Positions 14,313-26,946 of a stretch of 64,000 nucleotides of DNA are shown piece after piece (position 1 is the first letter of the stretch; every line of letters starts with the position of its first letter). The DNA is from Laetmonice hystrix. Lineage: Eukaryota. The stretch spans positions 17,238,001 through 17,302,000 of the forward strand of contig OZ249436.1 in NCBI GenBank assembly GCA_965235115.1, read 5' to 3'. A model generated the notes under the pieces. It was not told where the DNA came from and made no database searches. It saw nothing but the letters and a program-made list of their open reading frames with translations. The translations under genes were made by a program, and so were the position numbers.

Positions 14313-14486
14313 CAGTGGTGTTGACTTTTTTTCCGCATCTGGTAGCCCAGACTAAGGCCAGTAGAGAATCCACTAGCCCGACGTATTCAGGCAGGCCTTC
14401 TAATGACAACCTGAACATTTATCCAGTAGCCCAACTGGAGAATTCAGTAGCCCCGGGCGTTGGGCGATAGAAAGTCAACATTACTG
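14313..14486. mobile_element. hAT-like MITE with 5-bp target duplication ATGTT
   Basis: cagtggtgttgacttt / aaagtcaacattactg inverted ends; ATGTT on both flanks. Confidence 0.7.
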
Positions 14487-14513
14487 ATGTTCCATGATGC
14501 TTCCAGGTGAGCT

Positions 14514-14603
14514 ATGAGAGGGCGCGGGGAGTTGACTGGCTGGGACACGGGTACCTGGGGGCGGCGGAAGAGACTTCGGTATAAAGTTATCGCCCCCAAA
14601 TAG
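14514..14603 (+). other. Upstream ORF (29 aa) in the MARF1 5' leader
   Basis: ATG at 14514 in the exon starting at 14507; TAG at 14601-14603, two nt before the main ATG at 14606. Confidence 0.55.
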
Positions 14604-14605
14604 GC

Positions 14606-17600
14606 ATGCCCTACGAGAATGAGGTTACATCAGCAGCAGGTGAGTGAGCCACAGCTATAGGTGGGACCAGGACCAAACATTACTGTACAAAATCATGACA
14701 GTAAATAGCCTTGGGATCGTTGGGTGGTCGTTTAGTTTTGGTTGCTGTCAGTATTAGAAGCTAAGCTATGGTGTGCTGTGTTGTGTCCTACTTTTCAATC
14801 AACTTGTGAAGTTGTTCCCGTTGTGTAAGTTAATGTGCTTCAATGGGCTGTTAGAATAGGACCAAGGATATACCAGACTGTCTTTTGATGGGCACCATGG
14901 CGCTTGTGCCCGGACACACCCAGTGAAGTTAGGAGTGCTATACATGGCGCCTGTCAAGATAGCTTCCAAGGCCCTAGGCTTATTGATGACTCTCATATAG
15001 CTCCTGTCTGTATTTCCCAGAGAGTCGTGCACTGATGGTGCTTTTGTTGTTTTCAAAAGACAGGGTCTGATATCCCTTTCTTTTTCTAAAATGGAAATAA
15101 AGAGCTCTACCCTGATATGAAAAAAAAAAAAATTTGTCCTAATTTTATTATTATCTTTGTGGCGTTAAGTTGCTTTGTTCTCTTTCTTTGGTTGTAGCCT
15201 TTCACACAAGAGAAGCCACCTCTTTCCCTGTGATTTCCACACCCACCAGGATTTTGATTAAAATGGGTAAATATGTACCATACCCATTATTGAATGATCT
15301 GGTATTTTTTTGGTTAGTTTTGCATGCCCTTTGTTTCTCCATTTACTAAGGAAAAAAACACACTGGCTCATAAACCAGGAAAATGGTGTTGTTAATTGGC
15401 AGAGATATGAATGATTTAAATAGAAATGTCCATTCAAGGACGTGTACATCAAAGATTTTGGAAAGGGAGGGTAGAACTGTGGAAGGTGGGAAGGTGGAGG
15501 GGGGATTGGGGATTTATTTAGTAAACTCTAACATATGGCCCCTCCTTCAGAAGGGTAAGTCCAGTAAATCTCACACACACAATATAAAGAAAAGAAGAAT
15601 AAAACCAAAAACTGTACATAGAAAGTCTGTTGAGTGGATTAAAATAATGACCCTGTCAGTTTCTGAAGACTTAGAAACAACAGTGGAACTAAACTGAGGG
15701 GGGCACGTTGCTCGTAAATGGTACCAAAACTACCCAGTACAGGTCAGCTTGCTTATTAGGTACTGCCACCTAGTGACAAGGCAGTCAACTAATGTTTACA
15801 GTTCTACAATTACTCACCAGGGGTTCTATATTCTATTCTTTTTTCTGTGAATCCAGTATAGAAAGTCAAGTCAGTAGGCCTACATCAAACTAGTTCTACC
15901 GTGCATGCGGTATGGGCAGCCTTATGTTATGGCGCTAGCACCGGCTGCCTCATCACTTGTCATCTGGCGTGACATACAGTGCCAATTCATTTAACACCGA
16001 TAAAAGAAAATTAAGTCAATTGAAATAAAAGATCTGCATTTAACAAAACTAGAAATGTAAGATTTAAGATGAAAGATTTGGGGCAAATAAATGCTGTAAA
16101 TGATCAGAATTAGTCATGAACTTGATCCTTACGGGCTAGTAGTGCGGGACCTGGTGGCAGAGTCAGTAGGCCGCCGTCTGACCTAGAGCTGCTTTTTGGA
16201 GAGTGTCAGTATGTTTGTACTGTGCTGCCACCTTGTGAACAGGCAGTCAACTAATGATTACAGTTCCACAAAATTTACTAGAGTTTCTGAAGTGGATAGC
16301 AGAATAAATCTGTCATAGATTTCCATCCAGTCCCCACATGTATACAGAATAAAGTGGTTCTATCTAGTTTACAGTCTCCCGTCGTTATCTCGACATAATT
16401 TTCATCTTAGAAACAGGAATAGCAATGTCAGTAAAGAAACCATGCAGTCTGATGATCTGGTCCCTGTCTGTGACTGTGAGGGCACCTGTCACAGTTCTAA
16501 AGTATCTATGTGGGATCAGTTAAGGTTTCTGTCAGAATGGCAAAAACTGTAATTAAATTTTGGAAACTTGTTACTATCAGATTTGCAGCTATGAACAGTT
16601 GGTTGTTAAGCAAACTTCCCTGTTGCAGCACCGACCATGGCTGTGGCTGTTGCCCCTGCTCACCACCAGGTGGGGGTGTTCTGGGACATTGAAAACTGTC
16701 GCGTTCCCAGTGGCCGCTCAGCACTGGAACTTGTCAAACGTTTCCGGAAGTTTTTCCTGACGGAGTCGGCAAAGGAGGCAGAATTTATGTGTGTGTGTGA
16801 CACCAGTAAAGAAGATAAGGAGATTGTTGATGACCTCTATAATGCTGAGGTAAGTCAGACTACAGGGTAAGGTGTGACCTCTATAACGCTGAGGTAAATC
16901 TGACTACACGGTAAGGTGTGACCTCTATAACCCTGAGGTAAGTCTGACTACACGGGAAGGTGTGACCTCTATAACCCTGAGGTAAGTCTGACTACACGGG
17001 AAGGTGTGACCTCTATAACACTGAGGTAAGTCTGACTACACGGGGAGGTGTGACCTCTGTAACACTGAGGTAATTCTGACTACACAGGAAGGTGTGGCCT
17101 CTATAATGCTGAAGTAAGTCTGACTACACAGGAAGGTGTGACCTCTATAACACTGAGTCTGAGGTAAGTCTGACTACACAGGAAGGTGTGGCCTCTATAA
17201 TGCTGAAGTAAGTCTGACTACACAGGAAGGTGTGACCTCTATAACACTGAGTCTGAGGTAAGTCTGACTACACAGGAAGGTGATGTCAGTTGAGTAACCC
17301 TCTTTTGACAGCAAGTTATGTTAGTATAAGCTAATGCTTGTCCTGAAATAGAAGTGTACTGCAGGCTATTGTTTTGTATAGAGAGGTATAGTTTGGTTGT
17401 GAAGAACTAGTCATTTCATCCATACTAACCTGGTTGCATTGATAGCTTTAAAAATTTGTCTCACCACCATTGCATATTAAATGGATATCTTGGTCCTAAC
17501 CCTGAGCCTTATTGTGCCAGGTTCTCGTGATATATGCTCCGGCCACCAACAAGAATGCGGCGGATGACAAATTGCGGGAGTTGATGCGAAGGTTTGCTGA

Positions 17601-20600
17601 GACTCACACTGAGCCTGCGACGGTGGTCCTCATATCAGGTGAGATATAGTGTGCATGGCAGGACTGTCCTCGGTGGGCGTGGCAGGACTGTCCTTAGATC
17701 TTGTATACAGAGTGAGGTCTTATCATCACTGGTCAACAGAAGACTGGAAATGTGATGGATGAATTACTGAATCAAAACATATATAATATGTAATAATAAT
17801 AGGCTGATTAGTATTTGTATGGAATTTGATGTCAGACTGTAAATTTATGTGAAGAGTTGAACTGATATCAAACGGCTCTATAATGGAAAAATAAATGTAA
17901 GATTCTTTGTTACAAGATTATGTTATTACATCAATATGTTTATATCAATAAGGTGGCTGGTGGCAGTCACTGGTGGTTGTTCTCCACCTGACCATTCCTG
18001 TGGAATTTTTCATGGGAAATAATTACTTGATTTATTGAGAATTGTAGTATTGATAGATCCCCTCTTGCAATCTGTTCCTTTCTACAGGGGATGTAAATTT
18101 TCGAGCTGTTCTCTCCGATGTTCAGCACCGTTACAAACACAAGGTCATCCTTGTCCACCCAGATGCCATCCACGATTCTCTGCGGACCTGTGTTGAGGAC
18201 CTCATTCCATTCAGCCATTTCATCAAGGACCTTCCAGCCAAACCCACCGCCAACCCCGTGGTATGTAACCACTCCTCTGAAACAATATTCATAAGTAGGA
18301 ATCTTACCATAGCTTAGTCCTGACAAAGTCAGGGAAAATATTTTTAAAAGGATATATTCTGTGGTTTCCACCTGTTCCACCTGTTCTTGTGCTGCAGCAT
18401 TTCCTCTTGTGAGTTTTGTTGTGGAATAATCTTGAGAGATTCTGAAAAAAACCCTGGAATTCACACTTACTTTTGACTCTTTGAATAATATTTAAAGGTG
18501 TGTTTGACATGGGTGTGTTTGTAGGGAGGTGATCACATCCTTGAGGTGCAGGGATTGCCGAGTAACCGGGAAAAGAAACAAGTTGAGACACGGCTGTTAC
18601 AGCTGTCAGAAAATAGTGGCCGGTGTAAGGTGAATATTCTCGGGAAGACGGCACACCTCCGCTTCAGCAGTCCGGCTTCAGCCAGCAGGTCAGTCTAGTT
18701 ATGGTGGCTGTGCTCCACATGACCAGCCAGTCAAGGTGGAACTCAGGTCAGTCACTTCACGAACCTGAACCTCGTGTTCTCATCCCGACAGGTCTGCAGG
18801 GCTTTAGTTAATTTTCTGTGGGAGGGTGTAAAGTACGCCGGTCTGTATCTCAATGTGCGTACTATATGCCCTACCTTCAAAGGTATGGGCATATTTTGCA
18901 CTCCTTTGCTCGCCGGGCCGCTCACACACAATGATCATTACCAATGTCCCTGCATCCCATGCTGTGTGCTCGGCATGGGGGGCTTGGCCAGTGAGTGGGA
19001 GGGTGCCTGGGCCAGCGGCTGCCCATTTCAACCCGTCCATGGGGAACGTGAAAGAAACTATAGAGAGCAACTGCCCATCGTCGGGACCAAGTCGGGCTGT
19101 GACTGATCTGGTCATGGATGCTGAGGGGTGTTGTATGCTGCGTATCATACGATCATGCATATCATATGTATACGATTAGAATATTTGTTTGTATTTGACG
19201 TTTTTACAGATTTGTTCTCAGCATATTTGGCTAGAACGTCTGCATATTTACGCTGATATGCAAACTAACGGAAGCCCTGGGTCTGGAAGCAAGTTTGAGA
19301 AAATATACTACTGAGAAATACTCAATACTGTAAACCTCGCGAATTGGCAACCTATGACTGTGTTACATTTGCAACTGTAGCATAAATAATAAAACCATTG
19401 TTTAATTTCTCCAACCTCTTGCAGAGCGAAGGTCCGTATGGAAGGTGAGGATGTGTTTGGGAGTAAGATCACTGTGAGAGTTGTACCAAATGATGCTCAC
19501 ACCACGGCCAATGAGTGCTCCCCACGTGAGTCTGTCTGCCATTCTGGCTCACCGCGCAGACACAGAAATCGCAGAAAGAAGAAACCTCTTACAAATAAAG
19601 TCACACCGGATGGCACTCCCAACCAACCCAGGGGATCTCCTCTCCATGAGAAATTCCTTGTTAGGGGGAACAGTGCCCCCAGCCCCCCACTGGAACCTTT
19701 TGAATATTCCTCAGATGGAACCACTGGCAGTCCCAGAAATTCGCCCCTCCATCTGCGCCAGATCCCAGGAAGCCAGGGTAGTCCACCCCTCAGTCGGTAC
19801 AGCACCCCGAGCCCTCCCACCCTGAGGGGCGCCTTGTCCAAACGTCCCGCCAGTCCTCACATTCTGTACTCCCAGTTACGGGAGCGGAGTCACTCGCCAT
19901 ACAGGGCCCTGTGGACTGATGTTTCATCTGACCGCGTGGGACCGAGTACCGGTGGGCAAGAGCAATGCGGGCTGACCTCAGATGGCCTCCGTCGAGCTCA
20001 GATCAAGCGCATGGAGAACATCACTCCAGACCAAAGTGTGTGGAGGCAGCGTCTCCGTCACCACAGCGGCGACCTCCAGAGTGTTCGGAGCTATGGCAGT
20101 GCCACCTGTATGCAAACCCGGCATTTATCTCCGCAGCACCAGGCCTCGGTCAGCCGAGCTCAAGGTCATAACAGTCCTGTCAGCCGCAGGAGGTCACGAT
20201 CCTGGTCAAGCTATAGTAACAGGGTCACCTGCTGTGAAACCCCTGGGAAGGCAGCACAGAGGACGTCACCATGTACACCAGGCAGTCTGTCGACTGAAGC
20301 CGAGCAATCAGCGAGTCTTGTAGTGTCAAACCTTGATGGAAGTTTCACTGCAGCCAAATGGGTGGAAGTCTTACAAGATCAGCTTTACCGACAGGACATC
20401 CAGGTAAAAGTCGCAGGTCATTCTTTCCGATAGGACATCCAGGTAAAAGTTGCGGGTCATTCTTAATACAGACTAGGCAGAAATGTTTACATCTATTGTA
20501 GAACAGGACACAGGTATCTAACGACAACAAAATAGGTTTGTTGTCTTCTGAGTTCAGTATTAAAACATGAGATGTTAAGTTTTAATATCTCTCGATATTT

Positions 20601-23600
20601 TAAAAAATAAATGAATTCTTGTTTGTTTTCAGGTGTTGGGCGTAAAAACAGAAACACTGTTAGATGGATCGGTTATTGGACATGTACAGGTGCCAAATAA
20701 AGAAGAGGCAAAAAAGGCCATTTCAAGCTTACATCGTAAGAAAATACGAAAGAAGCGTATCCACATTTGTATCAAGCAGAAAAATGACAAGACTGATGCA
20801 AAGTAAGAAAAGTTTATGATTTGCCCCAAATTTTTGTTGAGAAAAGTTTTGGACATTATTATATTGGGACATTATACTAAGCAATGCGGAATGACTTTAG
20901 TGGTTTACAAGCTATTTGAAATAGTTTCCTTAGTAGAGATTGTAATTATCATTAAAAATGGTTTGTTTTTTTTTATTCTGAAAGCAGTAGGCACTTATTA
21001 CAGTAAGCAGTTATTTGAAGTAGTCTGTACGGACTAAAATACCATTGGCAAACTCTCGGCACATACCTGTAGTTAACATCTCCCCCACCAGGGGGCATGT
21101 CAATACCGGCTGTCGTCATGGTAACATGCCAGGGGTCGGGTGACAACATGCCAATTATTAACATCTCCCCCCAATAGGGGACGTCGTCATGGTAACATGC
21201 CAGTAATTTAACATCTCCCCCCCAACAGTGAAAGTTATCATGGTAACATGCCTATAGTTTTAAAACATCTCCCCCCCAACAGCGGACATCGTCATGGTAA
21301 CATGGCAGGGGTAGGGTGACTATCGCCATGGTAACATGCCAGTAATTAACATCTCCCCCAACAGGGGACGTCATCATGGTAACATGACTGTAGTAAACAT
21401 CTGCCCACACCAGGGGACGTTGTCATGGTAACACTGTAATTAACATCTCCCCCAACAGGGGACGTCGTCATAGTAACATGCCTGTAGTTAACCCCCACCT
21501 CCACCCCCCACCCAGTCAGTCCTAACACGGTGAACCCCCACCCCCACCCACCCAGTCAGTCCTAACACGGTGGACCCCCCCCCCCCCCATCCAGTCAGCC
21601 CTAACACGGTGAACCCCCACCCCCACCCATCCAGTCAGTCCTAACACGGTGAAATATTGGACCTGTGTTTGTGTGCATGGGTGTGCGTGTACTCATGGAA
21701 GTGTTCATGTGGAGTTTTTAGAACATGCAATGTCAGCCAAAATAATTATAATGACGTCGAAGTATGTTATTATTTTATTGTCTTTTAAATTTAGTTTGAT
21801 TTATCTTGTTTTATGCTTCAAATTATTTTAGGTTTTTAAAGAGGGAACTCCCTATATTACAGGTCAAAGGTCATTGCAATCCTCAGTGAAGTTTCATGTG
21901 GTTGTCTTCCACTCCTTGAGTTCATGGAACTGTATGAGGAAAAGTAAGTCTGTGTGAACGTTACCCGCGCATGTTTGAAAGTTCAGGGGGAAGTGTTGGC
22001 GGGTGTAGGTCTTAGAGTACAATTAATACTGTAGTAATTGGTATCTCAAACCCTGACAGTACTGGAGTCTCCTGTACAGTAGACTATTCGATGATACAAT
22101 GAAAGACATCACTCCAGGTGATACTGTGGTGAGACCTGCCAGAACCTTCCTGATCACCAGGGCTTTTAGTGGTCTACACGTTTCCATGAAGTAGGACAGG
22201 ATGAAATCCCTCATGTAAAAGCTAGATCCACTCCACGGAGAATGTTGAGATGTGTGGGATGTACAATCAGTGTCGACAGATTTGTGTTTGATGTTGTTGT
22301 GTAGTTAGAACTGTGGACAGTAGAGATGGATGTACCCTGACAACTCTGTGATCTGATTTACCGAAAAAGGTTGAGAACTTTAAGATGTAAACTACTTTAA
22401 CAGGTATGCGGATCAGATCAGCATGTCAGAACTCACACAGATGGAGGATGCTGTAAAGATGGAGGAGTTGGCCGATCGACAGCGTGTCATCACTGCTGTC
22501 AACATGGCAACCAATAACCATACAAACAGGGAACACTCTCAGGTATTGTTAACAGTACTGCGATCATAAATAAAGTTTATCAATCAATCAAGTTCAAAAC
22601 AGAACTTAATTGGCAGCTTGTCATTGTATTTCTGTAAAATTGACTAATGGATCAATTAACAATACAGTGTGACCAACACTGGATCAATAACAGTATGTGT
22701 GTTCAACACTGGATCAAGTAACGGTTAGCTAGAGCAATACTGGAGCAATTAACAGTACAGTGAAATTGGTTACAGAACCTGGAGACCAAACCAGATTGTG
22801 GTGCGGATATCTGTCCACCAGGTGGCAGTTTGTATCACCCTGATGTCCCACTAGGGGGCGTTGCAGGTGGCCACCATCTGCCCATGATTGCAGTACCTTG
22901 GAAAACATTCGCAGCACAAGTTCACACCATGCTTCAGCAACATCATGGTGAAGTGCCACTCCAGGGGTGAGCCCAGTTTTGAAATAATTTCTGTCTGGAG
23001 AAAAAAATAATTATTAGTGATACAGTTTCCATATACATGTAGTTAACCTGAGAAATGCCTTGTTTCACATGTTATTTAACGTTCAATGATTCCTATAGGT
23101 TCTTAACCTGCTACAAGGAAGAGTTTGGAAGAGGAACCAAAAATACTGGTGGAATGGTACCTGTTGAACATATTCTGAAATCTGTGCCAGGCATCAAGGT
23201 CAGAGAATCAAGGTCAGGGGTCAAGGACGTTGTGTGGTTAGGAGGGGATTCAGCAGGTAGATGTTTTAAATTCATGGTATCACATCTTAGGGGCCGTTCA
23301 AAAATTACATAACGCTATTTTGGGCCAAATCTGACACCCCCAGCCCCCGTAACACTTCAGCACTGTCCGTAATGTTTGGACATACACCCCCCGCGCGTTA
23401 CATAATTTTTGAACGGCCGCTTATCCTTGGTGTTAATTGTCAGAGAGATCCATTAATACGATAATGTATCAGTCACCATGATACATTTAAGGACTCGGAG
23501 ATATAAAGAATATACTGACAGAAGTATTTTCGTGTTTCAGAGATCAAGAGTGATGATTTGGAACGTTTTTCAGCACATCAAATTTCGAAGATCTTTAAAG

Positions 23601-26411
23601 ACTTTGTTAGTCTTCTGGAAAGATCACCAGGTCGTTTAGTGACAGTGTCAGAGCTGTCTGACATGTACCAGCATCGTTTCGGGACGCCATTTCGAGCAGA
23701 GGACTATGGGGGTGAAAATCTTCTGGATGTACTAAAGGCCATTCCAGACTCTGTGCAGGTATATTTTCATATAATATTTCCACAAATCTACATCCTTAGC
23801 GAAAGGAAATTTTTTTGGCAGGGACCGAGACATTCTGTGATGTTGAGCCATCAGCGTTTGTCTGCAGGTCCTGGGATCGGACGGGTGCCATTCTGCGATG
23901 TTGAGCCATCAAATTCTCTCTGGGCGGTTCAGATCAGACCTCCTCCAGGTCATCCAAGGACAGCCTAATGATCGGATCAGTTTGGCTGACCTTCCTGAAG
24001 TTTTCGGTGAGTCACCTTTCTTGAAAAAACCCCCATTATATTTCAGGAATTTAATTTCATGTAAACCCCTGTGTTGTACGTCAGAGGGGGTTACATATGA
24101 AGGGCATCTCTTTGTGTCGTTTTGATGAGATCACCCTATGACAGGTGTATGTGTTACCTTGACAGGTGAGGTGATGGGGAAGCCCTTTGATGTTGCCGAC
24201 TATGGCGTCTGTTGTCTTCAGGATTTACTGACGGAACTCCCCAAGACGACTGTCCTTGTATGTATGACAGATCACGCTGTTTGGTTCTATTGCGCTTGAC
24301 TTGTTCAGTGAATAGAGCTTGAAAGTAGTATTAATAAATGGTACAGCCTGTTGAAAAGATGGAAAATACATAAATACATGGATGATCTCATTTGACCTGG
24401 TCAATGGCAATGCTTCTAAAGGAAACCCATATACGAGTTCCTATTCATAGTTAAATAGTTTCCAAGATACAGCTACCTGAAATGTCAAAATTGCAGACTG
24501 TGCTTTTAACCTCTACATGTGTAAATGTTGTTGTGGATATCGAAAGGTTTCATTATACCATGTTAATAATATAGACCTCGGTAGATCAAAGTTAGACACC
24601 TTGTTGTTGGATAACATTGATCCGATGTGTGTGATTTCTTCCCGACAGGTTCCACACAAGGACGGCAGAAGATGGATTCTTCACCTGTTGAAAGCTCACA
24701 TTGTCTTGGTCCTGAGTTCGCTACTGGACCACCAGCTGCCTCTTGCTGAGTTTCTTTGTGCCTTTGCCCGCTGTACTGGTTACAGTCTCAGTCTCAATGA
24801 GTACCACGTTTCATCAGTTCGCGACCTCATGGCACACCTGGCAGACCTGGTAGTTGTGAGTACCAATTTCTCTGTTGGATCCATGTTGGTCATGTGGTCA
24901 ACAAAAGGCATTCCAAAACACAAACTAAGGATCGAAATTCGGCACTGCATCGATTAAACTTCAATAAGAGTTTATTGAATGTAATAGATTAGCCCAGAGA
25001 CTATCATAATTTTGTCTTTATCAGGTGAAGTTTGAGTCTGGCGATGAAGTCATTTGTCTGGTCAACTCGAGTCAGAAGTGGCAGGAACATTGGTGTTTGA
25101 AGGTCCTCATTGATGGACCCTGTGCTGGACTGGATGTGGCACAGATCTGTGACATTTACCAACGAGTCTACAGCAAAACGATTAGTGCAAGCCAAGTTTG
25201 GGAGTATAGTCAACAGATGCCAAGGGTATGGAAACCCTAATATATGTTTGACAACCTTTAAATCGTTCCTACCTCGACAGTACTGTCCCTGTCCTGGTAA
25301 TGGTGAGGTTTTCCCCGTTTCTCAATCTCAAGTAACTGAGCAGTCAAGTACATTGACTGTCTAAAGATAATCCTCCTGTTAGAGTTGAGAATAAGTTCGA
25401 TGACAGTTTGGTTCTTGTTCCATCTCCAGGATATGAGTGAATGTAAAATAAAACCTCTTGCTGCACCACCTTTCGTGTCTACCGTTCCGTCCTATACCAT
25501 GGAACTGAAGAATATAACAGTCAATGGTACAGATAAAGGTAAGAAATAAAAGATTGATCTTCATAATCACACAAAGGCAGGTCCCCCTGTTCACGAAGTT
25601 AGCCTGTATAGATATCTTCTGGAATGTGTTGGAGGCAAGAGTTAGGTGTTAAGTTGTTGTGATTTTTAAAGCCTGTTTTTAGTTTGTAAATATATCTGCT
25701 GCAGTGTGTTGGAGACAAGAGTTAAGGTTATTGTGAGTTTTGAAACGTAAATATTAACAATGTTTTCCTTATCCAGACCCAGCTATGAACACTTCCGTCT
25801 GGGAGAAGACAAGCCGTGGAGTAAACAGTGTCTCCAGGCCAAGACCACATGTCATCGCTCCTGGATCATTAACAGGTGCCTTTTGTAATGGAGAACTTGC
25901 CACCTCTCCCTGTATGTGGGGTTATCAGGCAGACAGCCAGCAAATAAACGGACACCAGCCACCTGGTGTCAACAATAGGAACAGGGATCTCCCGGATCCA
26001 CTAGTGACACCTAGTGGTGGAGGTGTGCACGACGTGCCCGTAGCGCCCTCTGGTATGACCTGTGATCATAACAGGCCAGTCCTGGCGGGTTCCTCGGACA
26101 ACTCGCCCGTCAATACCAGAATGACCCAAGAAGGCGGCGACACTGAAACATACCCACCGTCATCAGGTCACAGGTCAAAGGTCGGCTGGGAACCAAGCCA
26201 ATCTAGATCCAGTGGTCCATCTTCTCCACAGCGTAAAGCTGATGTTGAGGATCCGCGATCAAGAACCACGTCTGAGTCTAGTTGTTCATCCTTAGGTAGT
26301 CCAGGACATCGTCAAGGAACTCCTAACCTCTTACGGCACAGTCGTCTGGCAGCACGCTTTAGTAATCCTGTCGATCCCGCTAGTCCCACACCATCAGACA
26401 TCAGCATATGA
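14606..26411 (+). CDS. MARF1: Meiosis regulator and mRNA stability factor 1 (MARF1/Limkain-b1): NYN RNase, 2 RRM, about 5 LOTUS domains; ~1340 aa
   Basis: Coding exons: 14606-14639, 16629-16849, 17521-17638, 18088-18260, 18525-18688, 19425-20403, 20633-20802, 21863-21943, 22404-22542, 22776-22966, 23099-23256, 23541-23758, 23868-24006, 24166-24257, 24649-24855, 25025-25225, 25430-25538, 25777-26411; the frame closes. Motifs: [27 protein letters not shown] (NYN); [11 protein letters not shown] and [10 protein letters not shown] (RRMs); [11 protein letters not shown] (LOTUS); C-terminal SRLAARFS. Confidence 0.93.
16831..17281 (+). repeat. 44-bp minisatellite made of the MARF1 exon end plus its 5' splice site (10 copies)
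   Basis: Unit TGACCTCTATAACNCTGAG|GTAAGTCTGACTACACNGGAAGGTG; GT donors at 16850, 16894, 16938, 16982, 17026, 17070, 17114, 17164, 17208, 17258. Confidence 0.95.
18797..19279. mobile_element. hAT-like non-autonomous element with 6-bp target duplication GGTCTG
   Basis: cagggctttagtta / taacggaagccctg ends; GGTCTG at 18791-18796 and 19280-19285. Confidence 0.75.
21061..21490. repeat. Degenerate minisatellite carrying 8 RFX X-box-like motifs (GTCGTCATGGTAAC)
   Basis: Motif copies at 21112, 21183, 21234, 21288, 21322, 21370, 21419, 21464. Confidence 0.85.
21490..21652. repeat. ~40-bp C-rich minisatellite (4 copies)
   Basis: cccccacccccacccanccagtcagtcctaacacggtgaa repeated. Confidence 0.9.
23290..23420. 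mobile_element. PIF/Harbinger-type MITE with TTA target duplication
   Basis: ggggccgttcaaaaatta / taatttttgaacggccgc ends; TTA on both flanks. Confidence 0.8.
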
Positions 26412-26595
26412 TTAAGTGAGAACGTGAAGCGTAACATGACATCCGAGATGTCAGGCTACAAGTTTACTGGGGTTTCAAGGTTTTAAAGTTTTACCCTGTG
26501 TAATTAGAAAAATATCGTCTGTACTTGAAGTCTGAGAATCTTTCATTGCATGATGAAGAAAGGAAAGACGGTCAAACTAATCCGTTTCTACTTAA

Positions 26596-26946
26596 AGGTG
26601 CTATTCGTCTCGCTCAGAATGGTATTTCTCCTCTCATACATTATGCACATACTACTAGAAAAAATTCCTACCGATACCATTGGCCTGATGAACCTTCTAT
26701 TAGTCTGTGTGCAGCATTTGAAACCTATCTCGGTTTCCGAGACCGAGAAAAAGCCATCTCCAGTGATCGAGTCAAGGGGCGTGTCGGGGTCTCCACAGCC
26801 CTTCTGAGAGAGCCCCATTTGTGCTGCTGTCCATGAAAAATTTTGATTTCCTTGGTTGTCAATCTATTTCCATGATAGGTGGGATCACATAAACGTCAAC
26901 AAATCAAAAAATAAAAAAATTGAACTTTTTCCCACGAATAGCACCT
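26596..26946. mobile_element. Kolobok-like MITE with TTAA target duplication, in the probable MARF1 3' UTR
   Basis: TTAA|aggtgctattcgt ... acgaatagcacct|TTAA. Confidence 0.8.

Noticed and set aside
19438..20433. 331-aa ORF as a stand-alone gene
   Set aside because: It is the large internal MARF1 exon (19425-20403) read into the intron.
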